DNA of 64,000 nt, from the NCBI GenBank assembly GCA_030390025.1, contig JASTWF010000035.1:62001-126000 (forward strand), written 5' to 3'. Shown one piece after another: positions 23,216-37,122 of the stretch. The number at the start of each line of letters is the position of its first letter. Within the stretch, counting starts at the first letter, position 1. The notes under the pieces are model-generated. The model was not told the DNA's origin, ran no database searches, and saw only the letters and a program-made list of their open reading frames with translations. The stretch is from Squalus acanthias. Lineage: Eukaryota. The translations under genes were made by a program, and so were the position numbers.

Positions 23216-26200
23216 CCCTTCACTGTACACCTCTCCCTTCACTGTACTCCTCCCCCTTCACTGTACTCCTCTCCCTTCACTGTACACATCTCCCTTCACT
23301 GTACTCCTCTCCCTTCACTGTACTCCTCTCCCTTCACTGTACACCTCTCCCTTCACTGTACACCTCCCCCTTCACTGTACTCCTCTCCCTTCACTGTACA
23401 CCTCTCCCTTCACTGTACTCCTCTCCCTTCACTGTACACATCTCCCTTCACTGTACTCCTCCCCCTTCACTCTACTCCTCTTCCTTCAATGTACTCCTCT
23501 CCCTTCACTGTACACCTCTCCCTTCACTGTACACCTCTCCCTTCACTGTACTCCTCTCACTTCACTGTACACCTCTCATTTCACTGTACACCTCTCATTT
23601 CACTGTACACATCTCCCTTCACTGTACTCCTCTCCCTTCACTGTACTCCTCTCCCTTCACTGTACTCCTCTCCCTTCACTGCACTCCTCTCCCTTCACTG
23701 TACACCTCTCCCTTCACTGTACTCCTCTCCCTTCACTGTACTCCTCACCCTTCACTGTACTCCTCTCCCTTCACTGTACTCCTCTCCCTTCACTGTACAC
23801 CTCGCCCTTCACTGTACACCTCTCCCTTCACTGTACTCCTCTCCCTTCACTGTACACCTCTCCCTTCACTGTACACTTCATCATTCACTGTACACCTCTC
23901 CCTTCACTGTACACCTCTCACTTCACTGTACTCCTCTCCCTTCACTGTACACCTCTCCCTTCACTGCACACTTCACCCTTCACTGTACACCCCTCCCTTC
24001 ACTGTCCACCTCTCCCTTCACTGTACACCTCTCCCTTCACTGTACTCCTCTCCCTTCACTTTACTCCTCTCCCTTCACTGTACCCCTCTCCCTTCACTGT
24101 ACACTTCACCCTTCACTGTACACCTCTCCCTTCACGGTACACCCCTCCCTTCACTGTACACTTCACCCTTCACTGTGCACCTCTCCCTTCACTGTACACC
24201 TCTCCCTTCACTGTACACCTCCCCCTTCACTGTACTCCTCTCCCTTCACTGTACACCTCTCCCTTCACTGTACTCCTCTCCCTTCAGTGTACACATCTCC
24301 CTTCACTGTACTCCTCCCTCTTCACTCTACTCCTCTTCCTTCAATGTACTCCTCTCCCTTCACTGTACACCTCTCCCTTCACTGTACACCTCTCCCTTCA
24401 CTGTACTCCTCTCACTTCACTGTACACCTCTCATTTCACTGTACACCTCTCATTTCACTGTACACATCTCCCTTCACTGTACTCCTCTCCCTTCACTGTA
24501 CTCCTCTCCCTTCACTGTACTCCTCTCCCTTCACTGCACTCCTCTCCCTTCACTGTACACCTCCCCCTTCACTGTACTCCTCTCCCTTCACTGTACACCT
24601 CTCCCTTCACTGTACTCCTCTCCCTTCACTGTACACCTCTCCCTTCACTGTACTCCTCTCCCTTCACTGTACTCCTCACCCTTCACTGTACTCCTCTCCC
24701 TTCACTGTACTCCTCTCCCTTCACTGTACACCTCGCCCTTCACTGTACACCTCTCCCTTCACTGTACTCCTCTCCCTTCACTGTACACCTCTCCCTTCAC
24801 TGTACACTTCATCATTCACTGTACACCTCTCCCTTCACTGTACACCTCTCACTTCACTGTACTCCTCTCCCTTCACTGTACACCTCTCCCTTCACTGCAC
24901 ACTTCACCCTTCACTGTACACCCCTCCCTTCACTGTCCACCTCTCCCTTCACTGTACACCTCTCCCTTCACTGTACACCTCTCACTTCACTGTACACCTC
25001 TCACTTCACTGTACTCCTCTCCCTTCACTGTACACCTCTCCCTTCACTGCACACTTCACCCTTCACTGTACACCCCTCCCTTCACTGTACACCTCTCCCT
25101 TCACTGTACTCCTCTCCCTTCACTTTACTCCTCTCCCTTCACTGTACCCCTCTCCCTTCACTGTACACTTCACCCTTCACTGTACACCTCTCCCTTCACG
25201 GTACACCCCTCCCTTCACTGTACACTTCACCCTTCACTGTGCACCTCTCCCTTCACTGTACACATCTCCCTTCACTGTACTCCTCCCCCTTCACTCTACT
25301 CCTCTCCCTTCAATGTACTCCTCTCCCTTCACTGTACACCTCTCCCTTCACTGTACACCTCTCCCTTCACTGTACACATCTCCCTTCACTGTACTCCTCC
25401 CCCTTCACTCTACTCCTCTCCCTTCAATGTACTCCTCTCCCTTCACTGTACACCTCTCCCTTCACTGTACACCTCTCCCTTCACTGTACACCTCTCCCTT
25501 CACTGTACACCTCTCATTTCACTGTACACCTCTCCCTTCACTGTACACATCTCCCTTCACTGTACTCCTCTCCCTTCACTGTACACATCTCCCTTCGCTG
25601 TACACCTCTCCCTTCACTGTACACCTCTCATTTCACTGTACTCCTCTCCGCTCTCTGTACACCTCTCCCTTCACTGTACACCTCTCCCTTCACTGTACTC
25701 CTCTCCCTTCACTGTACACCTCTCCCTTCATTGTACACTTCACCATTCACTGTACACATCTCCCTTCACTGTACTCCTCTCCCTTCACTGTACTCCTCTC
25801 CTTCACTGTACACCTCTCCCTTTACTGCACACTTCACCCTTCACTGTACACCCCTCCCTTTACTGTCCACCTCTCCCTTCATTGTACTCCTCTCCCTTCA
25901 CTTTACACCTCTCCCTTCACTGTACTCCTCTCCCTTCACTGTACACCTCTCCCTTCACTGTACTCCTCTCCCTTCACGGTACACGTCTCCCTTCACTGTA
26001 CACCTCTCTCTTCACTGTACACCTCTCTCTTCACTGTACACCTCTCTCTTCAATGTACACCTCTCCCTTCACTGTACTCCTCTCCCTTCACTGTACACCT
26101 CTCTCATCACTGTACACCTCTCACTTCAATGTACACCTCTCCCTTCACTGTACTCCTCTCCCTTCACTGTACACTTCACCCTTCACTGTACACCTATCCC

Positions 26201-26460
26201 TTCACTGCACACCCCTCCCTTCACTGCACACCTCTCTCTTCACTGTACACCTCTCCCTTCACTGTTCTCCTCTCTCTTCACTGTACTCCTCTCCCTTCAC
26301 TGTACACCTCTCCCTTCACTGTACACCTCTCCCTTCACTGTAAACCTCTCCCTTCACTGTACTCCTCTCCCTTCACTGTACTCCTCTCCCTGCACTGTAC
26401 TCCTCTCCCTTCACTGTACTCCTCTCCCTTCACTGTACTCCTCTCCCTTCACTGTACACC
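23216..26460. repeat. Minisatellite, 19-bp unit (TCACTGTAC[A/T]CCTCTCCCT), ~170 copies
   Basis: Directly visible; abuts the provirus 3' LTR. Confidence 0.97.
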
Positions 26461-27422
26461 TGAAAGGGGTTTTTGTCTCAGGGGCTTATTTGTAGGTCAG
26501 CCAGTTATGTTTTCCTGGGCTGTCCTGCCCGTTGTGCGGTTACGAATCGCTATCCCCTTCCTACTTCTGAGCTCAGGACTTATCGAGCGGTGATAAGGAC
26601 AAACGAACAGACCCGTGGATTGGTGCGAGGAAAACCAATGTTTATTTACAGAATTAAAATGACAGAGAGACAGTATTATATGAAGAAAACAAAATCACTA
26701 TGCAGTACGGTTTTACACTTAACATGGGAGGAGAAACGAACACATCGAGGGAAAATCCTAAAATTACAATTTTAGCAATATCCCCATTAATTCCCACCCT
26801 TACGCCTAACTAAAATTGTCTTGCGACAGCCAGAAGAAGATAATGCTCACCGGTGAAATGGATGGAAAAACCTGGCCCTGTACCCTGTCTCTGCCGTCGA
26901 AACGTGGCTACGAAGTTTCTGGTCTTCTTTCTTGGCTGCTAGCAGACAGACAGGGTGAACCAGGACCCAGGCAGAGAGAGAGAGAGAGAGAGGGCTGGGT
27001 CTTCCCAGTTATACCCTCCTGGTCGTCCTAATCTCCCTCCAGATCAGCTCATTTCTATTGTCTGATCTGGGCATAATGAATTTTAACAAAAGGTTTCGAT
27101 CTTGGCCCATCATGTTAGATGGCCGGTAATTGTATCATTCCAGTTCTTCAACTGCTCCCTTTGTCCGACAGGTTCGATGATGGGCCAGCCCAGTCTCAAT
27201 GTCCCCGCTGATTATTTGAGCAAACACCTTGAAAGCCTTATGCGTAGACCTGATTGTAATTGGGTTTGTCCCCAATGCATCGGAATACACAAGCTGATAG
27301 TTTGCCAGGCTCTTGGTTGCAGCCATTCCCTGGATTTTAAAACTCAGTCTGACCAGGGTTCCTTTTAATAAATCCAATAAAATCTTCGGGAGGGGACACA
27401 TGAAATTTTGCGAATCCTTTCA
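26461..27422 (-). repeat. Provirus 3' LTR (962 bp)
   Basis: Direct repeat of 42611-43642; preceded on minus by a polypurine tract (ACAGGGGGGAC, 27423-27433). Confidence 0.92.
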
Positions 27423-27746
27423 GTCCCCCCTGTGGAGACTTAAACTTGCTTGAAGTGTCCATACGAGGTGAACAAAATTTCTGACTGTCGCAAACAACCT
27501 TCCCCTTTATTTACCAATCCTAATTCCCCCGACACGTACATTCCCCCACTTGGAGAATAACCGCAGTGCACAGCAGGCATTTTAGATAGGAAACAAATTC
27601 TTTTCCAGTAATCCCAGCACGGAGGGGGTCCAACATACCCCTGCACCACTTGGGATAAAACAGGTTTTTTTTTACAATCCTTATCAAAAATAACCCAACA
27701 AACGGAGGGGACCATCTTTATTAAAAATAATAAAATTAGGCCGCCA

Positions 27747-29180
27747 TCACTTGCAAGTGGTGCTACACGGAATTCGCGCGAGTGTCTCGTCTACCCGAGC
27801 ATATTGGTCCCTCCAGACCCTTTGGGTTCTTGCTACTGCCTCGGGACCCCTTTTCCTACACTGGACGCAAACCAGGTAGAGGACGATCCCGAGCTGACAA
27901 ATTACGAGCGCGTGTGATGCCAGACGAATCCAGGAGGGGACCTCGATATTCTCAAAGATGTCCCACCAGGGTGGGGTCGTAATATCCAGAATATCGGCCC
28001 CTATCTGGATAGTCTTCTGTTCCAGTGTATAAAAATACTTTTGCGACACCACTACGACTTTTAATAGTTTAATGAGGTGTTCTGGGAGAGGGGGAATCTG
28101 GTAGCTGAAGTGAGCCACATACTTTTGGAGGTTGGTGAAATTCTCTCTTACAGTTAGGTGAACCGTGGATGGTTCAGGCATGGGGACAATTCGTTCCTGG
28201 GCCACTTGAACTTCTGCCTTGGGTTTAAAGCAGAAGCTGCTGTCACTCACCGCACACCAGCTGTGCTGTCCGTGCTGGTAGTGAGACGCTCCTGTGGTGA
28301 CGCAATATGTCCCACCTCCTATATATGCTACCTGTGGGGGAACATGGCCTTGTGCCATGGCTTCCATGGTACAATTTATAGGTTTCGTGTCAGCAGCTCT
28401 GAACCCGCATTGTGGTTTCGAATGGGCATTCAAGTGCTGGGGACACAGGATGATGTGTGCTCCCCGGCTACGGCACCCCGAGAGGTCAGTACCCTTCATA
28501 GCGTGATCCCACTTTATGACGTAGGGCGGGACCGCTGTAAAACGAACGTGTACACCCCCCTGAATGACACCAATGTTCTCCACCCTGTATACCGGCGCGG
28601 GTCGGGCCGTCCCGCCCATGACCGGCGTCCTTACTATTATCCCCATGATAGTGTGGTTGGAACGTCCACAGTCCACTGGGACTGGGTAGGCCTCGGAAGC
28701 TAGTCGGAGCTGGCACGGGCTTAATGTGTTCTCAAAAGGGTGGAGGGCTGCGAGGTGCTTGTTGCTGATCCAGGAGGGGACCAAACCCTGTTTTAAGTCC
28801 TCCAAATTTCTGCGGCCCTCGCCCAGCAACCATGCCCCGTACAGTACGCACACCTCGTTTTGCGCAGCCTGGTCACATGTATTCCGATCCTCCCTAATGA
28901 GCGCATTCACCGCCTTTGCATGTATCTCCAGCTCCGCTATGATCTCCTTTAGATGGAGAGTCATGGCCTGGTCTTCATGCAGTTCCGAACCCACTACCTT
29001 ATTCTCATCAGTTAAGACCTTCTTTAATTGGGTCTTCAGACCATTGATCTGCATCTGCAGTTCAATGTCGTCTAAACTATTAATAACTGAAGACCCCGCA
29101 TTAAAACCCGTTAAAACATCATTAACAATACCCCTTCTTTGTCTCCCCACCCCGTCCCAAGCCTCGTGGCTATGTGTATA
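27747..29180 (-). CDS. env: env, C-terminal part: furin site RQRR, fusion peptide, heptad repeat, Cys-rich ectodomain, TM, cytoplasmic tail
   Basis: Open frame YTHSHEAWDGVGRQRR|GIVNDVLTGFNAGSSV...; TM WIRLASHALVICQLGIVLYLVCV. The first 43 aa of the listed ORF are CR1 3' UTR, not env. Confidence 0.88.
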   Translation of the reverse strand, partial: YTHSHEAWDGVGRQRRGIVNDVLTGFNAGSSVINSLDDIELQMQINGLKTQLKKVLTDENKVVGSELHEDQAMTLHLKEIIAELEIHAKAVNALIREDRNTCDQAAQNEVCVLYGAWLLGEGRRNLEDLKQGLVPSWISNKHLAALHPFENTLSPCQLRLASEAYPVPVDCGRSNHTIMGIIVRTPVMGGTARPAPVYRVENIGVIQGGVHVRFTAVPPYVIKWDHAMKGTDLSGCRSRGAHIILCPQHLNAHSKPQCGFRAADTKPINCTMEAMAQGHVPPQVAYIGGGTYCVTTGASHYQHGQHSWCAVSDSSFCFKPKAEVQVAQERIVPMPEPSTVHLTVRENFTNLQKYVAHFSYQIPPLPEHLIKLLKVVVVSQKYFYTLEQKTIQIGADILDITTPPWWDIFENIEVPSWIRLASHALVICQLGIVLYLVCVQCRKRGPEAVARTQRVWRDQYARVDETLARIPCSTTCK

Positions 29181-30917
29181 CATAGAAACATAGAAACATA
29201 GAAAATAGGTGCAGGAGTAGACCATTCGGTCCTTCGAGCCTGCACCGCCATTCAATGCGTTCATGGCTGAACATGCTACCTCAGTACCCCATTCCTGCTT
29301 TCTCGCCATACCCCTTGATCCCCCTAGTTGTGAGTATTATATCTAACTCCCTTTTGAATATATTTAGCGAACTGGCCTCAACAACCTTCTGTGGTAGAGA
29401 ATTCCACAGATTCACCACTCTCTGGGTGAAGAAGTTCCTCCTCATCTCAGTCTTAAATGGCTTCCCCTTTATCCTTAGACTGTGACCCCTGGTTTTAGTT
29501 TCCCCTAACATTGGAAACATTCTGCCCGCATCTAATTTGTCTAAACCAGTCAGGATTTTAAACGTCTCTATAAGATCCCCCCTCATTCTTCTGAACTCCA
29601 GAGGATACAAGTTCAGTTGATCCAGTCTTTCTTGATATGTCAGTCTGGCCATCCCAGGAATCAATCTAGTGAACCTTCGTTGCACTCCCTCAATAGCAAG
29701 AATGTCCTTCCTCAAGTTAGGAGACCAAAACTGCACACAATACTCCAGGTGTGGCCTCACCAAGGCCCTGTACAACTGTAGCATCACCTCCCTACTCCTG
29801 TACTCAAATCCCCTTGCTATGAAGGCCATCATGCCATTTGCTTTCTTGACTGCCTGCTGCACTTGCCTTCCCACCTTCAGTGACTGATGTACCATGACGC
29901 CCAGGTCTCGTTGCACCTCCCCTTTCCCTAATCTGCCACCATTCAGGTAATAGTCTGCCTCCCTATTTTTACCACCAAAGTGGATAACCTCACATTTATC
30001 CACATTGTACTTCATCTGCCATACATTTGCCCATTCACCCAACCTGTCCAAGTCACTCTGTAGCCTCCTAGCATCCTCCTCATTGTTCACACTGCCTCCC
30101 AATTTAGTGTCATCCGCAAATTTGGAGATATTACAATTAATCCCTTCGTCCAAATCATTAATATATAATGTAAACAGCTGGGGCCCCAGCAACGAACCCT
30201 GCGGTACCCCGCTGGTCACTGCCTGCCATTCTGAAAAGTACCCATTTACTCCTACTCTTTGTTTCCTGTGTGCCAACCAGTTCTCAATCCATGTCAACAC
30301 ATTACCCCCAATCCCATGTGCTTTAACTTTGCACACCAATCTCTTGTGTGGGACCTTGTCGAAGGCCTTCTGAAAGTCCAAATACACCACATCTACTGGT
30401 TCCCCCCCATCCACCCTATTGGAAACATCCTCAAAAAATTCCAGAAGATTTGTCAAGCATGATTTCCCTTTCACAAATCCATGCTGACTTGGACCTATCA
30501 TGTCGCCACTTTCCAAATGGTCTGTTATGACATCTTTAATATTTGATTCCATCATTTTACCCACCACCGATGTCAGGCTGACTGGACTATAATTCCCTGC
30601 TTTCTCCCTCCCTCCTTTTTTAAAAAGAGGGGTTACATTAGCCACCCTCCACTCCTTCGGAACTGATCCAGAGTCTAAGGAATGTTGGAAAATGATCGTC
30701 AATGCATCCACTATTGCCAAGACCACCTCCTTAAGTACTTTGGGATGCAGACCATCAGGCCCTGGGGATTTATCAGCCTTCAGTCCCATCAATTTCCCCA
30801 ACACCTTTTCCCGACTGATAAGGATTTCCCTCAGCTCCTCCCTCTTACCAGATCCTTTGATCTCTTTTATTTCCGGAAGGTTGTTTGTGTCCTCCACAGT
30901 AAACACCGAACCAAAGT

Positions 30918-33900
30918 CTCGGCGCGGGTGCAGAACATTCTGGAGGGGGAGGGGGAACAGCCAGTTGTCGTGATACATGTTGGTACCAACGACGTAGCTA
31001 AAAAAAGGGAAGAGGTCCTACAAGTAGAATTTAGGGAGTTAGGAGCCAAGCTAAAAAGTAGGACCTCGAAGGTAGTAATCTCTGGATTACTACCAGTGCC
31101 ACGTGCTAGTAAGAGTACAGAGAACAGGATAGTTAGGCTAAATACGTGGCTTGAGCAGTGGTGTAAGAGGGAGGGTTTTAAATTTTTGAGGCATTGGAAC
31201 CAGTTTTGTGGTAGGTGTGACCTATACAAAAGGGACGGTCTACACCTGTGCAAAGATGGAACTGATGTTCTCGGGGTAATTTTTGATAAAGCAGTTCGGG
31301 AGCATTTAAACTAGTATGGCAGGGGGCTAGAAACCTATGTAGTGAAATAGAGGAAAGTGGAAGGCAGACAGAAATAAATGGTAAAAGGGTGAGGAACAAA
31401 AAACAAAGGGCCAAACTAATTCATAAAAAATGTGAGCATAAAAAAAGCCTGAGGGTTTTATACCTTAATGCGAGAAGCATCAGGAACAAGGTAGATGAAT
31501 TAGCTGTGGAAATAGAGGTTAATAATTATGATCTAATTGGGATTACGGAAACATGGTTGCAGGGTGAGCAGGGCTGGGAGCTTAACATACAGGGGTATTC
31601 AGTATTTAGGAAGGATCGACAAAAAAGAAAGGGAGGAGGGGTAGCATTGCTGGTAAAAGAGGGGATAAATGCAATTGAAAGGAAGGATATTAACTCAGTT
31701 AATACAGAATCTATATGGGTGGAGCTAAGAAATAGCGAGGGGCGAAAAACATTAATAGGAGTGGTATATAGGCCTCCAAATAGTAAAACAGAGGTTGGGG
31801 AGGGCATCACGAGGGAAATTAGAGAAGCGTGCAATAAGAGCACAGCTGTCATCATAGGTGACTTTAACTTACATATAGATTGGACTAGCCTAATCAGTAA
31901 AAATAATGAGGAGGAGGAATTCCTTGAGTGTTTAAGGGATGGTTATCTGGATCAATATGTCGAGGAACCAACTCGGGAACAGGCTATATTGGACTGGGTA
32001 CTGTGCAATGAGAAGGGACTAATTAGTAATCTTGTTGTACGGGGACCCTTGGGTCAGAGCGATCATAACATGATCGATTTCTCACTTGAAATGGAGAGCG
32101 AAGAAATTGACTCAGAGACTAAGGTCCTGAATTTAAACAAGGGGAATTATGATGCCATTAGACGGGAACTGAGTAGGTCTGATTGGACAATGTTCCTGGG
32201 AGAACTGGAGGTAGATAAACAATGGCAAGCATTTAAAGATAGAATGACAAAATTGCAAAAAATGTTTATACCAATCTGGCATAAAAGGAAATCTAAAAAG
32301 GTGACTCAACCGTGGATAACAGGGGAAATTAGAGACAGCATAAAATCCAAAGATAGGGCGTATAAAATAGCCAAAAAAAGCGCCAGAGCGGAAGATTGGG
32401 AACAGTTTAAGATAGAGCAAAGGAGGACAAAGGGCTTAATCAAGAGGGGCAAAATAGCTTATGAAAGCAAGCTGGCGGAAAATATAAAAACTAACTCCAA
32501 AAGCTTTTATAAGTATATCAAGAGGAAAAGACTGGTGAAAACCAAAGTTGGTCCATTGCAGTCAGATACGGGGGAATATATAACGGGAAATAAGGAAATG
32601 GCAGACCAACTAAATGCATACTTTGGGTCAGTCTTTACGAAGGAAGACACAAAAAACCTCCCTGGGATATCGGGAAAAATAGGGACATTGGCAAAGGAGG
32701 AACTGACGCAAATCAATATCTCTAAGGATATGGTATTAAGGAAGCTAAAGGGATTGAAGGCGAACAAATCCCCAGGGCCTGATAACATGCATCCTAGGGT
32801 ACTGAAGGAGGTGGCCCTAGAGATAGCGGATGCACTAAGTATGATTTTTCAGAATTCATTAGACTCGGGAACAGTGCCCATGGATTGGAGGGTAGCTAAC
32901 GTTACCCCACTATTCAAAAAGGGGGGTAGGGAAAAAGCAGGTAATTACAGACCTGTAAGCCTTACATCAGTTGTGGGCAAAATGCTGGAGTCCATCATTA
33001 AGGATGAAATAGCGGAGCACTTAGCAAATGGGGACAGGATAGGACAGAGTCAACATGGATTTACAAAGGGTAAATCATGCTTGACTAATCTATTGGAATT
33101 TTTTGAGGGAGTAACTGGTAAAATAGATGGGGGAGAGCCAGTAGATGTGGTGTACCTGGACTTCCAAAAGGCCTTCGATAAGGTCCCACATAAAAGATTA
33201 GCATGGAAAATTGAAGCTCATGGGATAAAGGGGAAAGTATTGACGTGGATAGAGAACTGGCTGTCAGATAGAAAACAGAGAGTTGGAATAAACGGCTCAT
33301 TTTCTGAATGGCAGGCAGTAACAAGTGGGGTACCACAGGGATCTGTCCTGGGTCCCCAGCTGTTCACAATTTACATTAATGACCTGGATCAGGGAGTCGG
33401 ATGCAGCATTTCCAAATTTGCAGACGACACTAAACTAGGAGGGGGGGTGGGCTCAGAGGAGGAGACCAGGAAGCTCCAGAGCGATTTGGACAGACTGGGT
33501 GATTGGGCGGATAAATGGCAGATGCACTATAATGTGGACAAGTGCGAAGTTATCCACCTTGGGTGCAGGAACGGGAGGGCAAATTATTATTTAAATGGCA
33601 ATAAATTGGGAGAGGGGGAAGTACAGAGAGACCAGGGTGTTCTTGTACACCAGTCACTGAAGGCGAGCATGCAGGTGCAACAGGTGGTCAAGAAGGCAAA
33701 CGGTATGCTGGCCTTCATAGCAAAAGGGTTGGAATACAGGAACAGGGATTCCTTGCTGCAGCTGTACAGGGCACTGGTGAGACCACACCTCGAGTACTGT
33801 GTACAGTTTTGGTCGCCTCATCTGAGGAAAGATGTTCTTGCCATGGAGGGGGTGCAGCGGCGATTCACCAGGCTGATACCAGGAATGGCGGGATTGACCT

Positions 33901-34358
33901 ATGAGGAGAGACTATGTAGTTTAGGGATGTACACACTGGAGTTTAGAAGATTGAGAGGGGACCTCATAGAAGTGTATAAAATTCTGACAGGTCTAGACAG
34001 ACTAGATGCAGAAGGAATGTTTCCCTTGGCGGGTGAGAACAGAACTAGAGGACATAATTTAAGGATAAGGGCTAAACCATTTAGGACAGAAATGAGGGGG
34101 AATTTCTTCACTCAGAGGGTGGTGAACCTGTGGAACTCATTGCCACAGAGGGCAGTGTACGCCAGCTCATTAAATATATTTAAGAGGGAATTAGATATAT
34201 TTCTACAGGCAAAAAGGGTTAAGGGTTACGGAGAGAAGGCGGGGACGGGATACTGAATTGCAGGATCAGCCATGATCTCATTAAATGGCGGAGCAGGCTC
34301 GAAGGGCCGGATGGCCTACTCCTGCTCCTATCTTCTATGTAATCTATGTAATCTATGT
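30918..34358 (+). mobile_element. 5'-truncated CR1 LINE (CR1-B) nested antisense in CR1-A; intact ORF2 31389-34256
   Basis: 955-aa uninterrupted APE+RT ORF; partial esterase ORF1; (AATCTATGT)n tail; AAAGT duplicated at 30913-30917 and 34359-34363. Confidence 0.95.
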
Positions 34359-36935
34359 AAAGTACTTGTTCAATTGATCTGCCATTTCTTTGTTCCCCAT
34401 TATGACTTCCCCTGTTTCTGACTGCAGGGGACCTACGTTTGTTTTTACTAACCTCTTTCTTTTTACATATTTATAGAAGCTTTTGCAGTCCGTTTTAATG
34501 TTCTCCGCAAGCTTCCTTTCATATTTTATTTTCCCTGCCCTAATCAAACCCTTCGTCCTTCTCTGCTGAGTTTTAAAGTTCTCCCAGTCCCCGGGTTTGC
34601 TGCTACTTCTGGCCAATTTGTATGCCACTTCCTTGCTTTTAATACTATCCCTGATTTCCCTTGTTAGCCATGGTTGAGCCACCTTCCCTTTTTTATTTTT
34701 ACGCCAGACAGGGATGTACAATTGCTGTAGTTCATCCATGCGATCTCTAAATGTCTGCCATTGCCCTTCCACTGATAACCCCTTAAATATCGCTTGCCAA
34801 TCTAACCTTGCCAATTCATGCCTCATACCCTCAAAGTTGCCCTTATTTAAGTTCTGGACCATGGTCTCTGAATTAATTGTTTCCTTCTCCATCCTAATGT
34901 AGAACTCCACCATACTATGGTCACTCTTCCCCAAGGGGCCTCGCACCACAAGATTGCTGATTAGTCCTTCCTCATTACACAACACCCAGTCCAGGATGGC
35001 CTCCCCTCTAGTTGGTTCCTCAACATATTGGTTTAGGAAACCATCCCTTAAACACTCCAGGAAATCCTCCTCCACCGTATTGCTTCCAGTTTGAGTAGCC
35101 CAATCTATATGCATATTAAAGTCACCCATGATAACTGCTGCGCCTTTTTTGCATGCACCTCTGATTTCCTGTTTCATACCCTCCCCCACCTCACTACTAC
35201 TGTTTGGAGGTCTGTACACAACCCCCACTAACGTTTTCTGCCCTTTGGTGTTCTGCAGCTCAACCCATATTGATTCCACATCCTCCAAGCTAATGTCCTT
35301 CCTAGCTATTGCATTAATCTCCTTTTTAACCAGCAATGCTACCCCACCCCCTTTTCCTTTTATTCTATCCTTCCTGAATGTTGAATACCCCTGGATATTC
35401 AGTTCCCAGCCTTGATTGTTCTGGAGCCACGTCTCTGTAATCCCAATCACATCATATCCGTTAACATCAATTTGCACAGTCAATTCATCCACCTTATTAC
35501 GGATACTCCTTGCATTAAGACACAGAGCCTTTAGGCTTGTTTTATTAACACCCTTTGTCCTTTTAGACTTATGATTTAGTATGGCCCTTTGTGTTTCTTG
35601 CCTTTGTTTACTCGGATTTCCCTTATTGTTTCTCACCCTTCTAACATTTGTTTCTGACTGCATATTACTTCCCCCTGTTTCGCTACATAGGTTCCCATTC
35701 CCCTGCCATATTAGTTTAAATCCTCCCGAACTGCCTTAGCAAATATTACCCCGAGGACATCGGTTCCAGTCCTGCCCAAGTGCAGACCGTCCCTTTTGTA
35801 CTGGTCCCACTTCCCCCAGAACTGGTTCCAATGCCTCAGGTATTTGAATCCCTCCCTCCTGCACCACTGCTCAAGCCACGTATTTAATCTTGCTATCCTG
35901 TTCATGCTACTCTGATTAGCACGTGGCACTGGTAGCAACCCAGAGATTACTACCTTTGATGTCCTACTTTTCAATTTAGCTCCTAGCTCCCTAAATTCTG
36001 CTTGTAGGACCTCTTCCCGCTTTTTACCTATATCGTTGGTACCTACATGCACCACGACAGCTGGCTCTTCACCCTCCCTTTCCAGAATGTTCTGCAGCCG
36101 CTGCGAGACATCCTTGACCCTTGCACCAGGGAGGCAACATACCATCCTGGAATCTCGGTTGCGGCCACAGAAACTCCTGTCTATTCCCCTTACAATTGAG
36201 TCCCCTATCACTATAGCTCTACCACTCTTTTTCCCGCCCTGCTGTGCAGCAGAGCCAGCCATGGTGCCATGAACCTGGCTGCTGGTGCCTTCCCCTGGTA
36301 GGTCATTTCCCCCAACAGTATCCAAAACGGTATATCTGTTTTGGAGGGAGACGACCGCAGGGGACTCCTGCACTACCTTCCTGATATTGCCCTGCCTCTT
36401 GGTCACCCATTTACTGTCTGACCTAGCCTTTACCTGCGGTGTGTTCAACTCACTAAATGAGTAATCCACAAAGTTCTCGGCATCGTGGATGCTCCAGAGT
36501 GAGTCCATCCGCAGCTCCAGTGCCGCCATGCGGTCCGTCAGGAGCTGCAGCTGGACGCACTTCCTGCACACATAGTTGTCAGGGACACTGGAAGTGTCCC
36601 TGATTTCCCATTTAGCACAGGAGGAGCATGACACGGTTCCGAGATTTCCTGCCATGACTTAACCCTTATATTACTTTATTAAGTTAAGTCCCTGAAAACA
36701 AAATATAAATCGAACCTACCTTTTAAATTCCCTCTACCCCTAAAGGTTAGAGGAGGTGGGAGACACTACTTGTGTAGTGTCTCGGGTTTAGCAACAGCTC
36801 CACCTATATACGGGTACCAATGAATTGGCCCCGCCCTCTGACTTTGACCCCTGCTGATTGATTAGAAAACTGGTTTCCACTGCCTGCTGTGCCAATTTAC
36901 TGCTACTGCAGTGTAACCTTGTTTTACTCTTCTTA

Positions 36936-37122
36936 CTCTTTTGATATAAACCAATAACGTAACTGTAACTCAATAAAACTTTAAAGGAAACTTAACAAAT
37001 CAAATTAAAATTTGGTAGTCCGGGGTGACGATGCACTCCAGCCCCCGCGGCGCCCACCAGTCGCGGAAAAACTCAAGCGTGCCAGCGGACACCGCGTGCT
37101 CCATCTCCAGGGCCACCCGGGC
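36936..37122 (-). mobile_element. Short 3' fragment of a Tx1/L1-group LINE inside the CR1-A 5' UTR
   Basis: Minus frame ARVALEMEHAVSAGTLEFFRDWWAPRGLECIV...*; 15-bp direct repeat GTTTTACTCTTCTTA at 36921-36935 and 37123-37137. Confidence 0.65.

Noticed and set aside
22713..26593. Three overlapping ORFs of 1034-1260 aa
   Set aside because: Artefacts of a stop-free 19-bp/33-bp minisatellite; open in all three frames with periodic translation.
29181..29309. N-terminal 43 aa of the 520-aa ORF as a real env start
   Set aside because: It is CR1 3' UTR and tail fortuitously in frame; the true N-terminus is at 38242.
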